Source of the DNA: the human T2T-CHM13v2.0 reference genome, Homo sapiens
DNA length: 64,000 nt
Strand: one strand, 5' to 3'
NCBI RefSeq assembly: GCF_009914755.1
Contig: NC_060926.1
Below, piece after piece: positions 24,862 through 38,600 of this stretch. The notes under the pieces are model-generated. The model worked only from the letters and a program-made list of their open reading frames with translations, made no database searches and was not told where the DNA came from. Numbering within the stretch: the stretch's first letter is position 1; the number at the start of each line of letters is the position of its first letter. Made by a program: the position numbers and the translations under genes.

Positions 24862-26380
24862 ATTTTTTTTTTCAAATTTTGTTTTTTTTCAACTTTTATT
24901 TAGACACAGTGGGTACATGGGCAAATTTGTTACCTGCAATACTGCATGATGCTGAGGTTTGGAGTATGGACCCTGTCACCCAGGTAGCAAGCATAGAACC
25001 TGAAAGATAGTTTTTTTAAAATCTATTTCTCCCCTATCTTCTACCCTCTAGTAGTCCACAGCATCTATCATATTTATGTGCATGTGTGCTCAATGTTTAG
25101 CTCCCACTTATAAATGATACAATGTTTAGTTTTCTTTTCCTGCATTAATTCACTTAGGATAGTGGCCTGCATCTCAATCCATGTTGCTACAAAAGACATT
25201 ATTCTGTTCTTTCTTATAGCTGTGTAGTAGTCCATGGTGTATATGTACCACATTTCCTTTATCCATTCTACCATTGATGGGTGACTGGGTTGATTCTGTG
25301 TCTTTGCTATTGTGAATAGTGCAATGATGGACATACAAGTGCATGTGTCCTTTTGGCAAAATAATTTATTTTTTTTTTGGGTATGTGCCCAGTAACAGGA
25401 TTGCTGGGCCAAATGGTAGTTCTGCTTTAAGTTATTTGAGAAATCTCTAAACTGCTTTCCACAGGGACTGAACTAATTTAAATTCCCATGAGCAATGTAT
25501 AAATGTTCCATTTTCTCTACAGTCTCACCAGTATCTATTATGTTTTGACTTTTCAATGACAGCCATCCTGACTGGTGTAAGATAGTATCTTGATTTGTAT
25601 TTCTCTGAGGATTAGTGATGATGAGCATTTTTTCATATGTTTGTTGGCCGCTTGTTTGTCTTCTTTTGAGAAATGTCTGTTCATATTCTTTGCCAATTTT
25701 AAAATGTAGTTATTTCTTTCCACTTGTTGATTTAAGTTCCCTATGGATTCTGGATATTAGGCCTTTGTCAGATGCATAGTTTGCGAATATCTTCTACCAT
25801 TCTGTAGGTTGTCTGTTTGCTTTGTTGATTGTTTATTTTGATGTGCAGAAGCTCTTTAATTAGGTCTTTCTTGTCAATTTTTGTTTTTGTTGCAATTGCT
25901 TTTGGGGACTTAGCCAAAAATTCTTTGCCAAGGCCAGTATCAAGAAGATATTTCTTAGGTTGTGTCCCAGGATTTTTATAATTTGAGGTCTTATATTTAA
26001 ATATTTAACCCATTTTGTGTTGATTTTTGTATATTGTGAAAGGTAGGGGTTCAGCGTCACTCTTCTGCATATGGCTAGCCAGTTATTCCAGATCCATTTA
26101 TTGAATAGCGAGTCCTTTCCCCATAGCTTGTTTTTGTCAGCCTTGTCGAAGATCCGATGGTTTTAAGTGTGCAGCTTTGTTTCTGAGTTTCCTAATCTGT
26201 TTCATTGGTTTACGTGTCCTCTTTTGTACCAGTCCCAAGCTTTTTTGGTTACTGTGGATTTATAGCATACTTTGAAGCCAGGTAGTGTGATGTCTCTGGC
26301 TTTGTTATTTTTGCTTAGGATTACTTTGGCTATTTGGGCTCCTTTTTGGTTCCATGTGATTTTTAGAGTGGTTTTCTCTA
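24862..26380 (-). mobile_element. L1PA15/16-like, 3'UTR plus ORF2 3' part
   Basis: ORFs 25074-25412 and 25860-26060 match the L1 ORF2 C-terminus ([18 protein letters not shown]; YTKINTKWVKYLNIRP). Confidence 0.88.
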
Positions 26381-26441
26381 ATTGAATAACACTTATGTTT
26401 TCTATTTAAAGCTTTGTTTGACGTTAAGTCTTTAATCCATC

Positions 26442-26819
26442 TGATACGGTCTGGCTCTGTGTCCCCACCCAAATCTCATTTTGAATTGTAATCTGAATTG
26501 TAATCCCCGTATGTTGAGGGAGGGACCTTATGGTAGGTAATTAGATCATGGGGGCAGTTCCCCCATGTTGTTCTTGTGATAGTGAGTGAGTTCTCATGAG
26601 ATCTGATGATTTTATAAGGGACATTCCTCCCTTCACTCTGCACTTCTCTCTCCTGCCACCATGTGAAGAAGGAGGTGTTTGCTTCCCCTTCTGCCATGAT
26701 TGTAAGATTCCTGAGGCCTCTGCAGCCATGCAGAACTGTGAGTCAATTAAACCTCTTTCCTTTATAAATTACCCAGTCTCAGGTATTTCCTTATAGCAAT
26801 GAGAGAATGAACTAATACA
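26442..26819 (+). mobile_element. THE1 (C/D-like) solo LTR
   Basis: TGATACGGTCTGG...ACTAATACA termini with a perfect 5-bp TSD CCATC (26437-26441, 26820-26824). Confidence 0.93.
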
Positions 26820-26914
26820 CCATCTGACATGGATTTTTGTATGTGGCATGAGGTAGTCTATTGTTCCTGTATTTGCATCAACTTTTTTTAATCGGCTCCA
26901 TCTCCATTTAAAAC

Positions 26915-28035
26915 AATTTTTTAAATTATACTTTAAGTTCTGGGATACATGTGCAGAACGTGCAGGTTTGTTACATAGGTATACACGCACCATGGTGGTT
27001 TGCCGCACCCATCAACCAGTCATCTACATTTCTCCTAATGCTATCCCTCCCCTAGCTCTCTACCTCCTCATAGGCCCTGGTGTGTGATGCTCCCCTCCCT
27101 GTGTCCATGTGTTCTCATTGTTCAACTCTCACTTATGAGTGAGAACATGTGGTATTTGGTTTTCTGTTCTTGTGTTAGTTTACTGAGAATGATGGTTTCC
27201 AGCTTCATCTATGTCCCTGCAAAGGACATGAACTCATCAATTTTGATGGCTGCATACTATTCCATGGTGTATATGTGCCACATTTTCTTTAACCAGTCTA
27301 TGAACAGTGCCACAATAAACATACATGTGCATGTGTCTTTATAGTAGAATGATTTATAACCCTTTGGGAGTATGCCCAGTAACGGGATTGCTGGGTCAAA
27401 TGGTATTTCTGGTTCTAGATCCATGAGGAATCACCACACTATCTTCCACAATGGTTGAACTAATTTACACTCCCACCAACAGACTTGGTGTTCCTATTTC
27501 TCTACATCCTTGGCAGCATCTGTTGTTCCCTGACTTTTTAATGATCGCCATTCTCACTGGCATGAGATGGTATCTCATTGTGGTTTTGATTTGCATTTCT
27601 CTAATGACCAGTGATGATGAGCTTTTTTTGCATATGTTTGTTGGCCACATAAATGTCTTTTTTTGAGAAGTGTCTGTTCATATCCTTTACCCACTTTTTG
27701 GTGGTTTTTTTTTTGTTTTTTTCTTGTAAATTTGTTTAAGTTCTTTGTAGATTCTGGATATTAGCCTTTTGTCAGACTGATAGACTGCAAAAACTTTCTC
27801 CCATTCTGTAAGTTGCCTGTTCACTCTGATGACAGTTTCTTTTGCTGTGCAGAAGCTCTTTAGTTTAATTAGATCCCATTTGTCAATTTTGGATTTTGTT
27901 GCCATTGCTTTTGGTGTTTTAGTCATGAAATCTTTGCCCATGCCTATGTCCTGAATGGTATTACCTAGGGTTTCTTCTAGGGTTTTTACGGTTTCAGGTC
28001 TTAGGTTTAAGTCTTTAATCCATCTTGAGTTAATC
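26915..28035 (-). mobile_element. L1PA7/8-like, 5'-truncated
   Basis: ORF 27687-28064 ([21 protein letters not shown]...[18 protein letters not shown]) is L1 ORF2; a reverse 3'UTR is present. Confidence 0.92.
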
Positions 28036-29574
28036 ATTTGGATTTTGTTATATAAGGTATCCAAGTTAATAAGATAATCCTAATTTGTATTGTTCATTTA
28101 AGTAAATCGAGGTGCTGTGATATTAAGTTAGTGTTAGGATAGCATTTAGAAATCAAATTGTTGCATGTCTTGCATTCATTTACTCACCTATTCATTTGTC
28201 AAATATATATTTTTTCACCTCTTATATATATGCAAGTATCTGTGTTACATGCCAGGAGAATGCACAAGTGAAGCACACCCTGTCCTTAAATAGTGAGATA
28301 AGGATATCAATTAGGTAATTAAATGACTGTCATTCAAAACAGAAATTAGTAAGTACCATAGGAAGAATACAAAGCAAGATTCTTCAAGGGAGAGAGATAC
28401 AGAGAGAAAAACAGAAATATTTCATATCTTGACCAGGAAATCAGAGAAGAAATTTGATAAAGTATTTTATATAGGCAGGTCCAGAGGGGAGTAGGTGACC
28501 TGGCTTTTCATAGAATGTGGTGAGTCATTCTGTAGAAGGCTTGAGAAAGTAACTATGGGTAATCACATTGTAGGGAGAGGCTGAAGCTTAATTATGGAGT
28601 GCCTCATATCACAAGCTAAGAATTTAAATTTCATCCTATGGTCCACAGAGAAGAGAGCCTCTGAAGTTATCTATATAGGGTAGTTGAATGATTTTGAATG
28701 ATACGAGTTGTGTTCTAACAGAAAATATTTCAAAAACCTTTTAAATCTGCACAGTTGTAGACTGGATATCACTTCAAAAAGTGAGAGCTTCTTCCAAATC
28801 ACATTCTATGTACATTCTGGTTCCCTAACCTGAGGTCTGTCCCTGATTCTGATCTGGCACTTTTGTGGCAGTTTGTGTTTGATGATTGCAATTTGTTCAA
28901 CTTTATCTAATATTCTTCTAATCTCCTGCCTGCCACTGAAATTGATGTGTTTGGTCACGTTTCACAAATGAGGAAGTCAAAATTCTGTGAACTAGTGTGG
29001 TCCCTGCTGCCTTCCATGTGGGCAGAGTGAAAATTGGATTTTGCTACCAAAAAACAGGGCAAGCAGCTGCTGAGCCCCAGGGGACCATAAAACCTGCCAG
29101 AATCTTTGCTTCTCTCAATCTAAGCATGGCCAAGACCACTTTTTAAATTCTGTGTGAGATCCACTATGCATGAAATTCAATAGTTTCCAAAGATAAATCT
29201 GGTTATCATGACCAAATACATCCAAGACTAAGAGAATAAGAATGGATCTTTTTTAAATCAATAATTTTAAGCAAATTAAAAAATATAACTCCTTCAAAAG
29301 TTACTTCAATTAAACACCCTTTTGTCACGGCCTTTCTCAGAGTGATGATTCATCAGTGATCACTCACGTCAGTGAGTTTCTTGACCAAGTTAGGAAGAAA
29401 TAACAGATACAGTGTGAGATTGCAAAATCCATTTCTTCCTGATAAATGCACTGAGTTTTCACTTATCCAGGTTATGTAACAACAGGCAAAATATGTTGAG
29501 CTCTTTGGTTTCCAGGGAGAAAGAAACACAAGCATTTCACTCTTGCATGACAAGCCCACAGAAACATATGAATA

Positions 29575-29775
29575 CACACAAATATGTGCAAACACACACA
29601 CACATACACACACATATATATACATAACGCATACACAACCCGCACACATTTGTATATTATTTTGAAACACATTGCTAACAAAACTCACATGTGTAATTTT
29701 GTATACATATACCCTTATGTAAATAAACAGATAATAGGCACACACATGAGGCACATACATGCAGACACATATGAA
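29575..29775. repeat. (CA/TACA)-rich low-complexity tract
   Basis: ACACACATACACACACATATATATACAT... Confidence 0.8.
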
Positions 29776-29929
29776 GGCAAGTACAGAGTAGAAATACAGC
29801 ATAAATACATAATGCACTCCTTTGAAGTTTTAAAAGAAGACAAGGACAGTATGTAACATTATGTAACATTAAAAATGAATATGTAAGATTAAAAATGAAT
29901 GTGTAATCACTTTGCTGTTAACTGCAAAA

Positions 29930-30480
29930 GCATTAATGAGCAGGTTGATATAAGGGGATCTGTTAAACTCATATAAATACTTTGAAGCAGTTTCTTGGTC
30001 TAACGTTGACTATAAAAATTATTTGATTAAGAATACATTACATAATCTCTGTATCAGTTTAGTGGGATAACGTATTGTGACAACATCAATTTAAGGGGTC
30101 TGGTGAAAATAATGAAGGTGAGAAAGATGCAGGCTGGTGACCATTGACTATGGGACCTGGCATTATAAGACTGAAACCTCAAAAAAATCGAACTTTCAGA
30201 AAGTCTGTCCAATTCTCTATGAAATATCAAAATTGCTAACCGTAAAGAAGAATATGAAAACAATAACGACTGATTGTCATCTTACAACTTTCACTGTGAT
30301 GAGTAAATGTGGGAGAGTGACGTGCTGTGAAGAATATGAGCAATAGTTTCCCCATGTTGAAATAGTCGGCAAGTTCTCCACTCTATGCTATAGTAACAAA
30401 AATAGTTCAGGTTTTGCATAACATGCAGAAGAGAGGGAGATAAGATGATGGCAGCATTAATCTTGACCCTATGGTGCACT
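29930..30480 (+). mobile_element. Possible ancient RTE-clade LINE relic
   Basis: NSYKYFEAV (29966 onward) resembles the RTE SFKYLGS motif. Downstream W..K....K..F.KVCPILYEISKLLTVKK...CGRVT resembles the RTE post-RT PxLLYGxETWTLKK...GVT region. Confidence 0.35.
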
Positions 30481-30521
30481 GGGCTGCGTTCAAGGTGCTT
30501 TCATATGTTACCTCATGATAA

Positions 30522-30831
<310 letters not shown>

Positions 30832-32074
30832 TGAGATCTAATTTCTATACTCATACATAGTTCTTCTTTAAAAGATAATTTAATATAAACTCAGAAATTT
30901 TGAACTCTGTTACTCTCCTTCCACTCTGGACTCTTCCAAGCAAAATGGTATACGACAGATTTTTTTTTTTTTTTGATAGCAATTGTGTGATGTTTTTTTC
31001 CCCTGTGTTTAAACAAACATGTCTTCACTTAGAGTGCCCTGTGATAGAGGTAAAAAACATAAAAGATATGTGTCTTTCTGGCTTATATATCTTCAGGAAT
31101 TTTGAGTTTTGGCATGGGGTACTCTGGAAGCTAGTCTTAGCTTATTTGGAATCTCTAAGTTTCCAATCTAAGGACAAAGACCACAATAGTAACATGCATT
31201 ACATATATAAGATTCTCACTGCTCCCTATTCTCCATATAGTTCTGGGACATTACAGTCTTCTGCTGAGAGGTGGATGAAATTAATGGCAAAGCATTTGAG
31301 GAGTTATTGGCATTGGGAGTTTGTATGTATGAAAACTTTTCTGAGTGAGAATTGGTCTGGGGCATTGAGTAATCCCAAAGGATAGAGAAATGGCAAAATG
31401 CTAATCACATTTCTTTGGATTTGGCCAAAGATTCTTATTCTAACAGAAAGTAAAATTCCATCATTGTAGAAAGGGAAAGTGGGAATTTAATTTAGTCTAA
31501 TAATTATTCCATTGGATATAAGCAAAGAGACTAAAATTATCCCAAATTCTCAAGAGGAGAAATGTTGAACAAATCCATAGAAGAGATGATGTGTCAGTCC
31601 ATAGGAAGGCTATGCTAGGCACCCACTGGGAGATAAGGAAGGAATCAGAAGACTGAGTCCAGCCTGTTAAGAAGGTTGTGGTACGGTTCAGGGGACAGCA
31701 GAAGGGATCCCAGACAACCAGTATATGCTCTAGAAGCTCTGGAAAACAGGAGAGAAATCCTGGGTAGGCGGGGAAGGTTTGCTGGAGGATGTAAAAACTG
31801 GGAATAGAACAGTGGGCAGGATTAATCAGAGAGAGGTAAGCAGATCCTAGAATGTTCTTAAGAAAATGGGGTGGGGGGCATTTTGCCTGGCTCCAAAATC
31901 AGTTTGGGAGTATTTGAAAATACAAAAACAACAATGTGTATTGTGCATGAGTTATGCACCAATTTTATGTGAGGCACTGCAAGGTTTGTTTTACATATTA
32001 TGCTGCATAATCCTCAAAACAACTCTGAAAACATAAGCTATTATTCTCACAACACATTGAAAACGTGATGCTTC

Positions 32075-32242
32075 TTGGGTTTAGTGGCTCACACCTGTAA
32101 TCTTATCACTTTGTAAGGCCAAGACGGGAGGATCCCTTGAGTCCAGGAGTTCAAGGTTACAGTGAGCTATGATCATGCCATTGCACTCCAGCCTGGGCTA
32201 CAGAGAGAGAGACTCTGTATCAAAGAGAAAGAGAAAAAAAAG
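32075..32242 (+). mobile_element. Alu monomer (FAM/FRAM-like)
   Basis: Single ~165-bp arm with a left-arm-type head and a right-arm-type end; TGATGCTT on both flanks. Confidence 0.8.
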
Positions 32243-33057
32243 GAGAATATGATGCTTGACCTGTGGAGCTAGCCCACAATCACACACATTAACTTGTAGA
32301 CATTAAGAGGACCACACTCAGCTAGATTTTTTTAAATAATCAAAACTGTTTAATAGTGAAATGTGTAAGCCAAAATCTTTGGTCATTTGGAGTACCCAGG
32401 CAAACTGATGGTTAGCCCTAGTTGGGGACTTGCTGTACTAGTGAGATTTTGAAACAGATAAGATTTAAGGCCAATTTTTAAGATTCTTTAGTAATAAAAT
32501 CTATGAATAAGTAAACACAAAATGAATTTTTATCTTAGCCTTGTCATGAATATCCTCTGGAAGATACCTCCTCTGCTCAGTGGTGTTTTAAAGACCATTT
32601 CTCTGGAAAATGCTGGTGCAGTGCAATTTACATTTATAAATTCTACCTCTATATAGCTTATGGATAATTTGCCTGCAGATCTTAAATCTGGCAGAATTTT
32701 ATGAGCTGAGACTCTCTATGCAAGTGTAATTAAGAGACACTCTACAATTTTAGGTTCTAAATGATGGCTTAAGGGTAAAGAGTTTTTTTTTTTTTTTAAG
32801 GTAAAGAATAAAAGTACAAATTAAAAGAAAATCACCCTTCATCTGACGTAAAAGAAATGCATTCTAAAGTGGAAAATTTTGGAAACACAGAAAAATAAAG
32901 ATGCTAAAATAACAATGACCCTTAAACCCAACAACTGTAGATAATTAGTCTTAGCAATTCATCTTAGTCGCAACAATTCAGCACATCTTTCCCAGTTCTT
33001 TCTTATAGAGGTGAAACAATAGTTTCTGACATGAGTTCTAAAGCTTTTTGACCTTAG

Positions 33058-33473
<416 letters not shown>

Positions 33474-33815
33474 TTAAAATTTATTTAAAATTGCAATAAT
33501 AAACCTATTACATGTTAATTAACTCAAGTAACATATTTTAGTAAAAGACAACAAAAACTTAGTGAACATAATGGCATTGCTTCGCAAATCTTTTTGTGTC
33601 TGACTTAGCAGAAAACAGCTAGATTCTCACATCTGCTTCTGCATTAAACCCATTATGATATAGTGCTCTGGATAAAGTTCATGAAGAAAATCCAGCCTCA
33701 TACAAATGTAAAATTGGAAAAGAGGGGAGTAGGTAAATAGCCTTTTAAGATAATTGTGATATTACCTACAGCCTCTAAAAAACTTCACTATACTCTCATC
33801 AAAGAATAAGATTGA

Positions 33816-34112
33816 GGCCGGGCGCAGTGGCTCGCACCTGTAATCCCATCACTTTGGGAGGCCAAGGCGGGTGGATCACAAGATCAGGAGTTCGAGACCA
33901 GCCTGGCAGAAATGGTGAAACCCTGTCTCTGCTAAAAATACAAAAATTATCCAGGTATGGTGGTACATGCCTGTAATCCTAGCTACTCGGGAGGCTGAGG
34001 CAGAAGAATTGCTTGAACCTGGGGGGCGGAGGTTGCAGTGAGCCAAGGTCGTGCTACTGCACTCAGGCCTGGGTGACAGAGCAAGACCCTGTCTCAAAAA
34101 AAAAGAAAAAAA
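33816..34112 (+). mobile_element. AluS (Sg/Sc-like)
   Basis: Full dimer; perfect 15-bp TSD AAAGAATAAGATTGA. Confidence 0.94.
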
Positions 34113-34713
34113 AAAAGAATAAGATTGAGAAGGCCAATAATGTCTTAGCATTATCATGAAAATAGTTTTGACTTCATAAACCCCTTAAAAGGCCCTCGGG
34201 GACCCCAGTGATCTCTGTACTAGATTTTGAGAAACCCTGTTTTGTATATATTCTGTATTGGTGACTTATCAATATATTTTAAACATCCTTAAAAATAATT
34301 CAAATAAAAACACATCATGATAGATTTAAACAATCTCCATGTTATTTGGGCATTAGGTTGTTTTCTTTCTTATACTAACAAAAGTAACACTAAAATTCTT
34401 ATCTTTTATCTATAATTCTGCATGTAAATATTATAGTTTCTTAAGATGGATTACCTGAAGTTTGAGATTGTATTTTATGATAATTAATAGGTTGTGCCAA
34501 CTTGATTTTAAGAAAGATTATGCCAACTACTATTTCACAAATAGAATATGAGAGCAGATATTTCATCAACTGCTCCACAGCACGGAGTGTATTGCATCAA
34601 GTTATCTTTACTTTGTTATTAGGGTGAAAAAAAGTAATTTTTTCAAATCCTTTGCATAATGATGAGGTTGACCATTTTTTCATGCTGATTTGTCACTAAT
34701 ATTCTCTATGTAA

Positions 34714-35109
<396 letters not shown>

Positions 35110-35149
35110 TGATTTTCCTTAATAATATAATATCGTAAGCAGCGGTCTA

Positions 35150-35647
35150 TGTGTGTTGGCATTCTAAGGTTGCTGTAAAAAAAGTATGGGTGGCTTACAG
35201 AAATTTATCACCTCACTGTTTTGAAAGCCAGGAGTCTGAGATGAAGGTGTTGACAGTGTTGCTTCCTTCTCAGGGTTGTAAGGAAGGATGTGTTCCATGA
35301 CTCTCATGTAATTTCTGGTGGCTTTTCTTTCTGGCAATCTTAGGCATTTCTTAACATATAGAAGTACCACCTTGATCTTCGCCTTCATATAGAAGCACCA
35401 CCTTGATCTCTGCCTTCAGCTTCACATGTAATTACACTCATGTGTATGTCTGCATACAAATTTTCCCTTTTTATGAAAACACTGGTCATATTGGAGTAGG
35501 AGTCCATTCCACTCCAGGTGATGATCTCATCATAACCTAACTAATTGCATCTGCATTGACTTTATTTTGAAATAAGGTCAGATTCTGAAGTACTGGGAGT
35601 CAAGACTTGAACATATGAATGTTAGGGGAACAGTTTTATCCATAACA
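35150..35647 (-). mobile_element. MLT1 MaLR LTR
   Basis: GGTGGCTTACAGAAATTTAT...AAATAAGGTCAGATTCTGAAGTACTGGGAGTCAAGACTTGAACATATGAAT...CCATAACA. Confidence 0.8.
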
Positions 35648-38600
35648 CTGTGCTTCACAGACGGACACACCTACTGAATGGAAAATTTGAAGATTCTGTT
35701 TGAACCCTAATATCTACCTGCATTCCCTATAAAAAGCTTTATGTCTTTTTGTGGCTTATTTAGTTGGGCATAATGGTAACATAATTCTCCTTGTCACTGT
35801 CATCATCATCGATTGCATTTGTCCAGAATTTTACTAATTATGAAGCACTTCTGCATGCTTGATATTACTTGATCTTCTTGGTTATCTAAGGAAGGCAAAG
35901 TTGATTATAATACCTATTTTAAAGAAATCTGAGGCTCAGGTAGATTGCTTTGCCCAAGGTCACTGGGAATGACATCTAGCCTCACTTTGTGTTTGACCAG
36001 AGCCTGCAGGGGAGGCTTCAATGACCATCACTGTAGATGAGAGGCAGTCAAAATGCTCTTTGATTAACAAAAACCAAACATAGCATATACAGTGATGAAT
36101 TATTTAACACAAGTGAATTAATGAACACAAGGATGGTGAATTATAGCTTAAGTAAGAAAATTCAGTTTCCTAGCACAATTTTTTTGTAATCTTTTAAGAG
36201 AATAGTTACAATATCTCATAACATACAGCATATGTTTTGTAATCTTTGTGGTTAGAAGTTACATTTACAAGCTTTATAATCAGGCAGTTTATAACCCTCT
36301 GGAGATCTTCTCATCAATTATCAGTAGATATAGATGAAAATGTGAAAGCAAAATAATTAGAGGCAATATTTAACATTATATAAGATCTTTGCTCCATCGG
36401 GGCTCATTTCTAACACTACTATTGCTTTATTGTATTCTTATGGTCACAGAAATGAAAATGTTCTGTGAAGTTCCACTTAATTTTTATTCTATTTAGAAAG
36501 GTGGTATCAGCAATTATTCTTTTCTCTAAACACTCATATTGAAAACTTCTCATCTCTACAATTGTCATTTACATTTCCAATATCAAGGTCACTAAAAATT
36601 GAAAGTTTATAAATTTTGATACTAGTCACAGAATCAGATATTAGTAACTCCATTGGGAGAAGTTTATCATAGCAACCTTGCAATGTCCAAAAAACAGCCT
36701 ACCTATCTGCTTTTTGAGAAATGTACAAACACATTGTAAACGTATCATTTAATTAATGGTACGGAGCAGTGAAAAGGAATGCGTCAGTATGGCTGAATCT
36801 CAGAAACAGAATATTGATTGAAAAAAGCAAGTGTTGGAATAATGCATACAATATGAATCTGTTTTTATAATGTTCAAAAATATGCAAAGCATGACTATAT
36901 ACGGTTCGAGAATATACATCATGATGTGACTAAACTATAAAGAAAAGTATGACAATGATAAAACAGAAGCTTAGGTGCACCCAAGGCACTCATAATGTAC
37001 CATTTTATAACATCCCACTTGAATCTAGGAAGTTCGTTTTATTGTCTTGGTAATTTTTCTCTTGTATGTACTTAACATTTTATAAAAACAAATCTTAAAT
37101 GGTAGATGTGACATGTAGACACTATTTCTGCACTTCACATCCAGTCTTGTGCCCCCTAGATAAGTAAGCAGGAAGAAGACAATAAGCAGGAAGAAGATAA
37201 AGGATGACTGTTTGAATTCAGCATCCCTGCAGAGGCCTACTACATGCCTCTACCCTGCTGGGCACTTTCAGGCAGAAATAAATCAGGCCCAGTTCTTGCC
37301 CTTGTGGCACTTAGTGAAGCCATTCAGGAGACAATGTTGACCTCATGAAATAACTAAGGGCATAGGGCAGACTGTGCTGTCCTCATTTTTTGTCTGGGTT
37401 CCTGCAACAATCTCCTGATTAGTAAAGAAAAACCAGTTCTGTCCGCTTGGCATTCATCTAATGCAGAAAGTGCTTTTTCTAGAGTCTCTGATCATGAGAA
37501 TTGCAAACAAATGGAGTTTTCCATCATGCCCCCTGTGCTTGTGTTATATGCGAAGCTCTGTGTCTTAGCCAGCAAGAGCATTCACACTCTGGCTCCTACG
37601 CCACCAGGTTTGGCTCTCTCCAGCTCTACCAAACACCCACCCTGGCACCCTGCCCCAAACCATTTGTTCCTGCTTGCAAATCCTTATATTTGGCAGGCCT
37701 GCTTGCTCCTCTGGGTCTTTGCACACGCTTCTCCCTCTAGGTTGAGACACTATTGCTTTTAGCTATCTAATGAGCAATGCATAGCTCCTTATACTCAATG
37801 CAAAAAATCTTTCCTGACCTTGGGTAATTACCCCTCACTTGTACTCTTAAAGAGCCCTATACTTTCCTTTATCAACACATGCATTCCACAATGAACAGTG
37901 ATGATCTGTTTACTTTTCTGAATTCCTGATAACTCTATGAGATCCTTGAGGTGTATGACTCTCAGGATATTATATAAGAGATAATATTAGTAACAAGTGA
38001 AAGCAATTTAGCCATGAGGCCGTATTTGCAAATAAAACATGACTGATTCATCTAAGTATTATATGGTATTTATAGGGTAGGATTGACATCTTCTTAGAGG
38101 AAGTAAGAGTAGAACTGGCCTTTGAAGGGTAGACTTGGATCAGCAGGAAAAAAAATATTCTCAATGGAGAACCACAGAAGAGAAAGCACACAAGGAAGAA
38201 TTTGTAAGTTTTTTTTTTTTTTCGGAAACAAGGAAAGCACAAGATTGACTAAGTAGGAAGTTTGTATTATTGTGAGAAATAAACTTGAAAAGGAAAATTG
38301 GACTAAAGTAGGACAATAGTTGCGAATCAGTCTTGCATAAATGGGAAGGACTGTGAAGGACTGAGATAATCGGAGTGATCTGTTGAAACTCCGGCCAACA
38401 CTGAGTTAACTGGAGCAAAATTGAAACTGGAAATGCCAAATCTAAGATTGTTTTTCTGTCTCTGATTACAAATACATAGTAAGTCCAAAACAGTACCTGT
38501 CTTAAGTCTTCCTGAAGGAGGATGTTTGGCAAATTGGAGGCAATAGGAGAGACTGACTCATTCCAATTACTCTTTTGAAAATGAAAGATGTAAAGGAAGT

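Noticed and set aside
29353-29856. Cys/Val-rich and His/Thr-rich ORFs
   Set aside because: They are translations of CA/TG low-complexity sequence.
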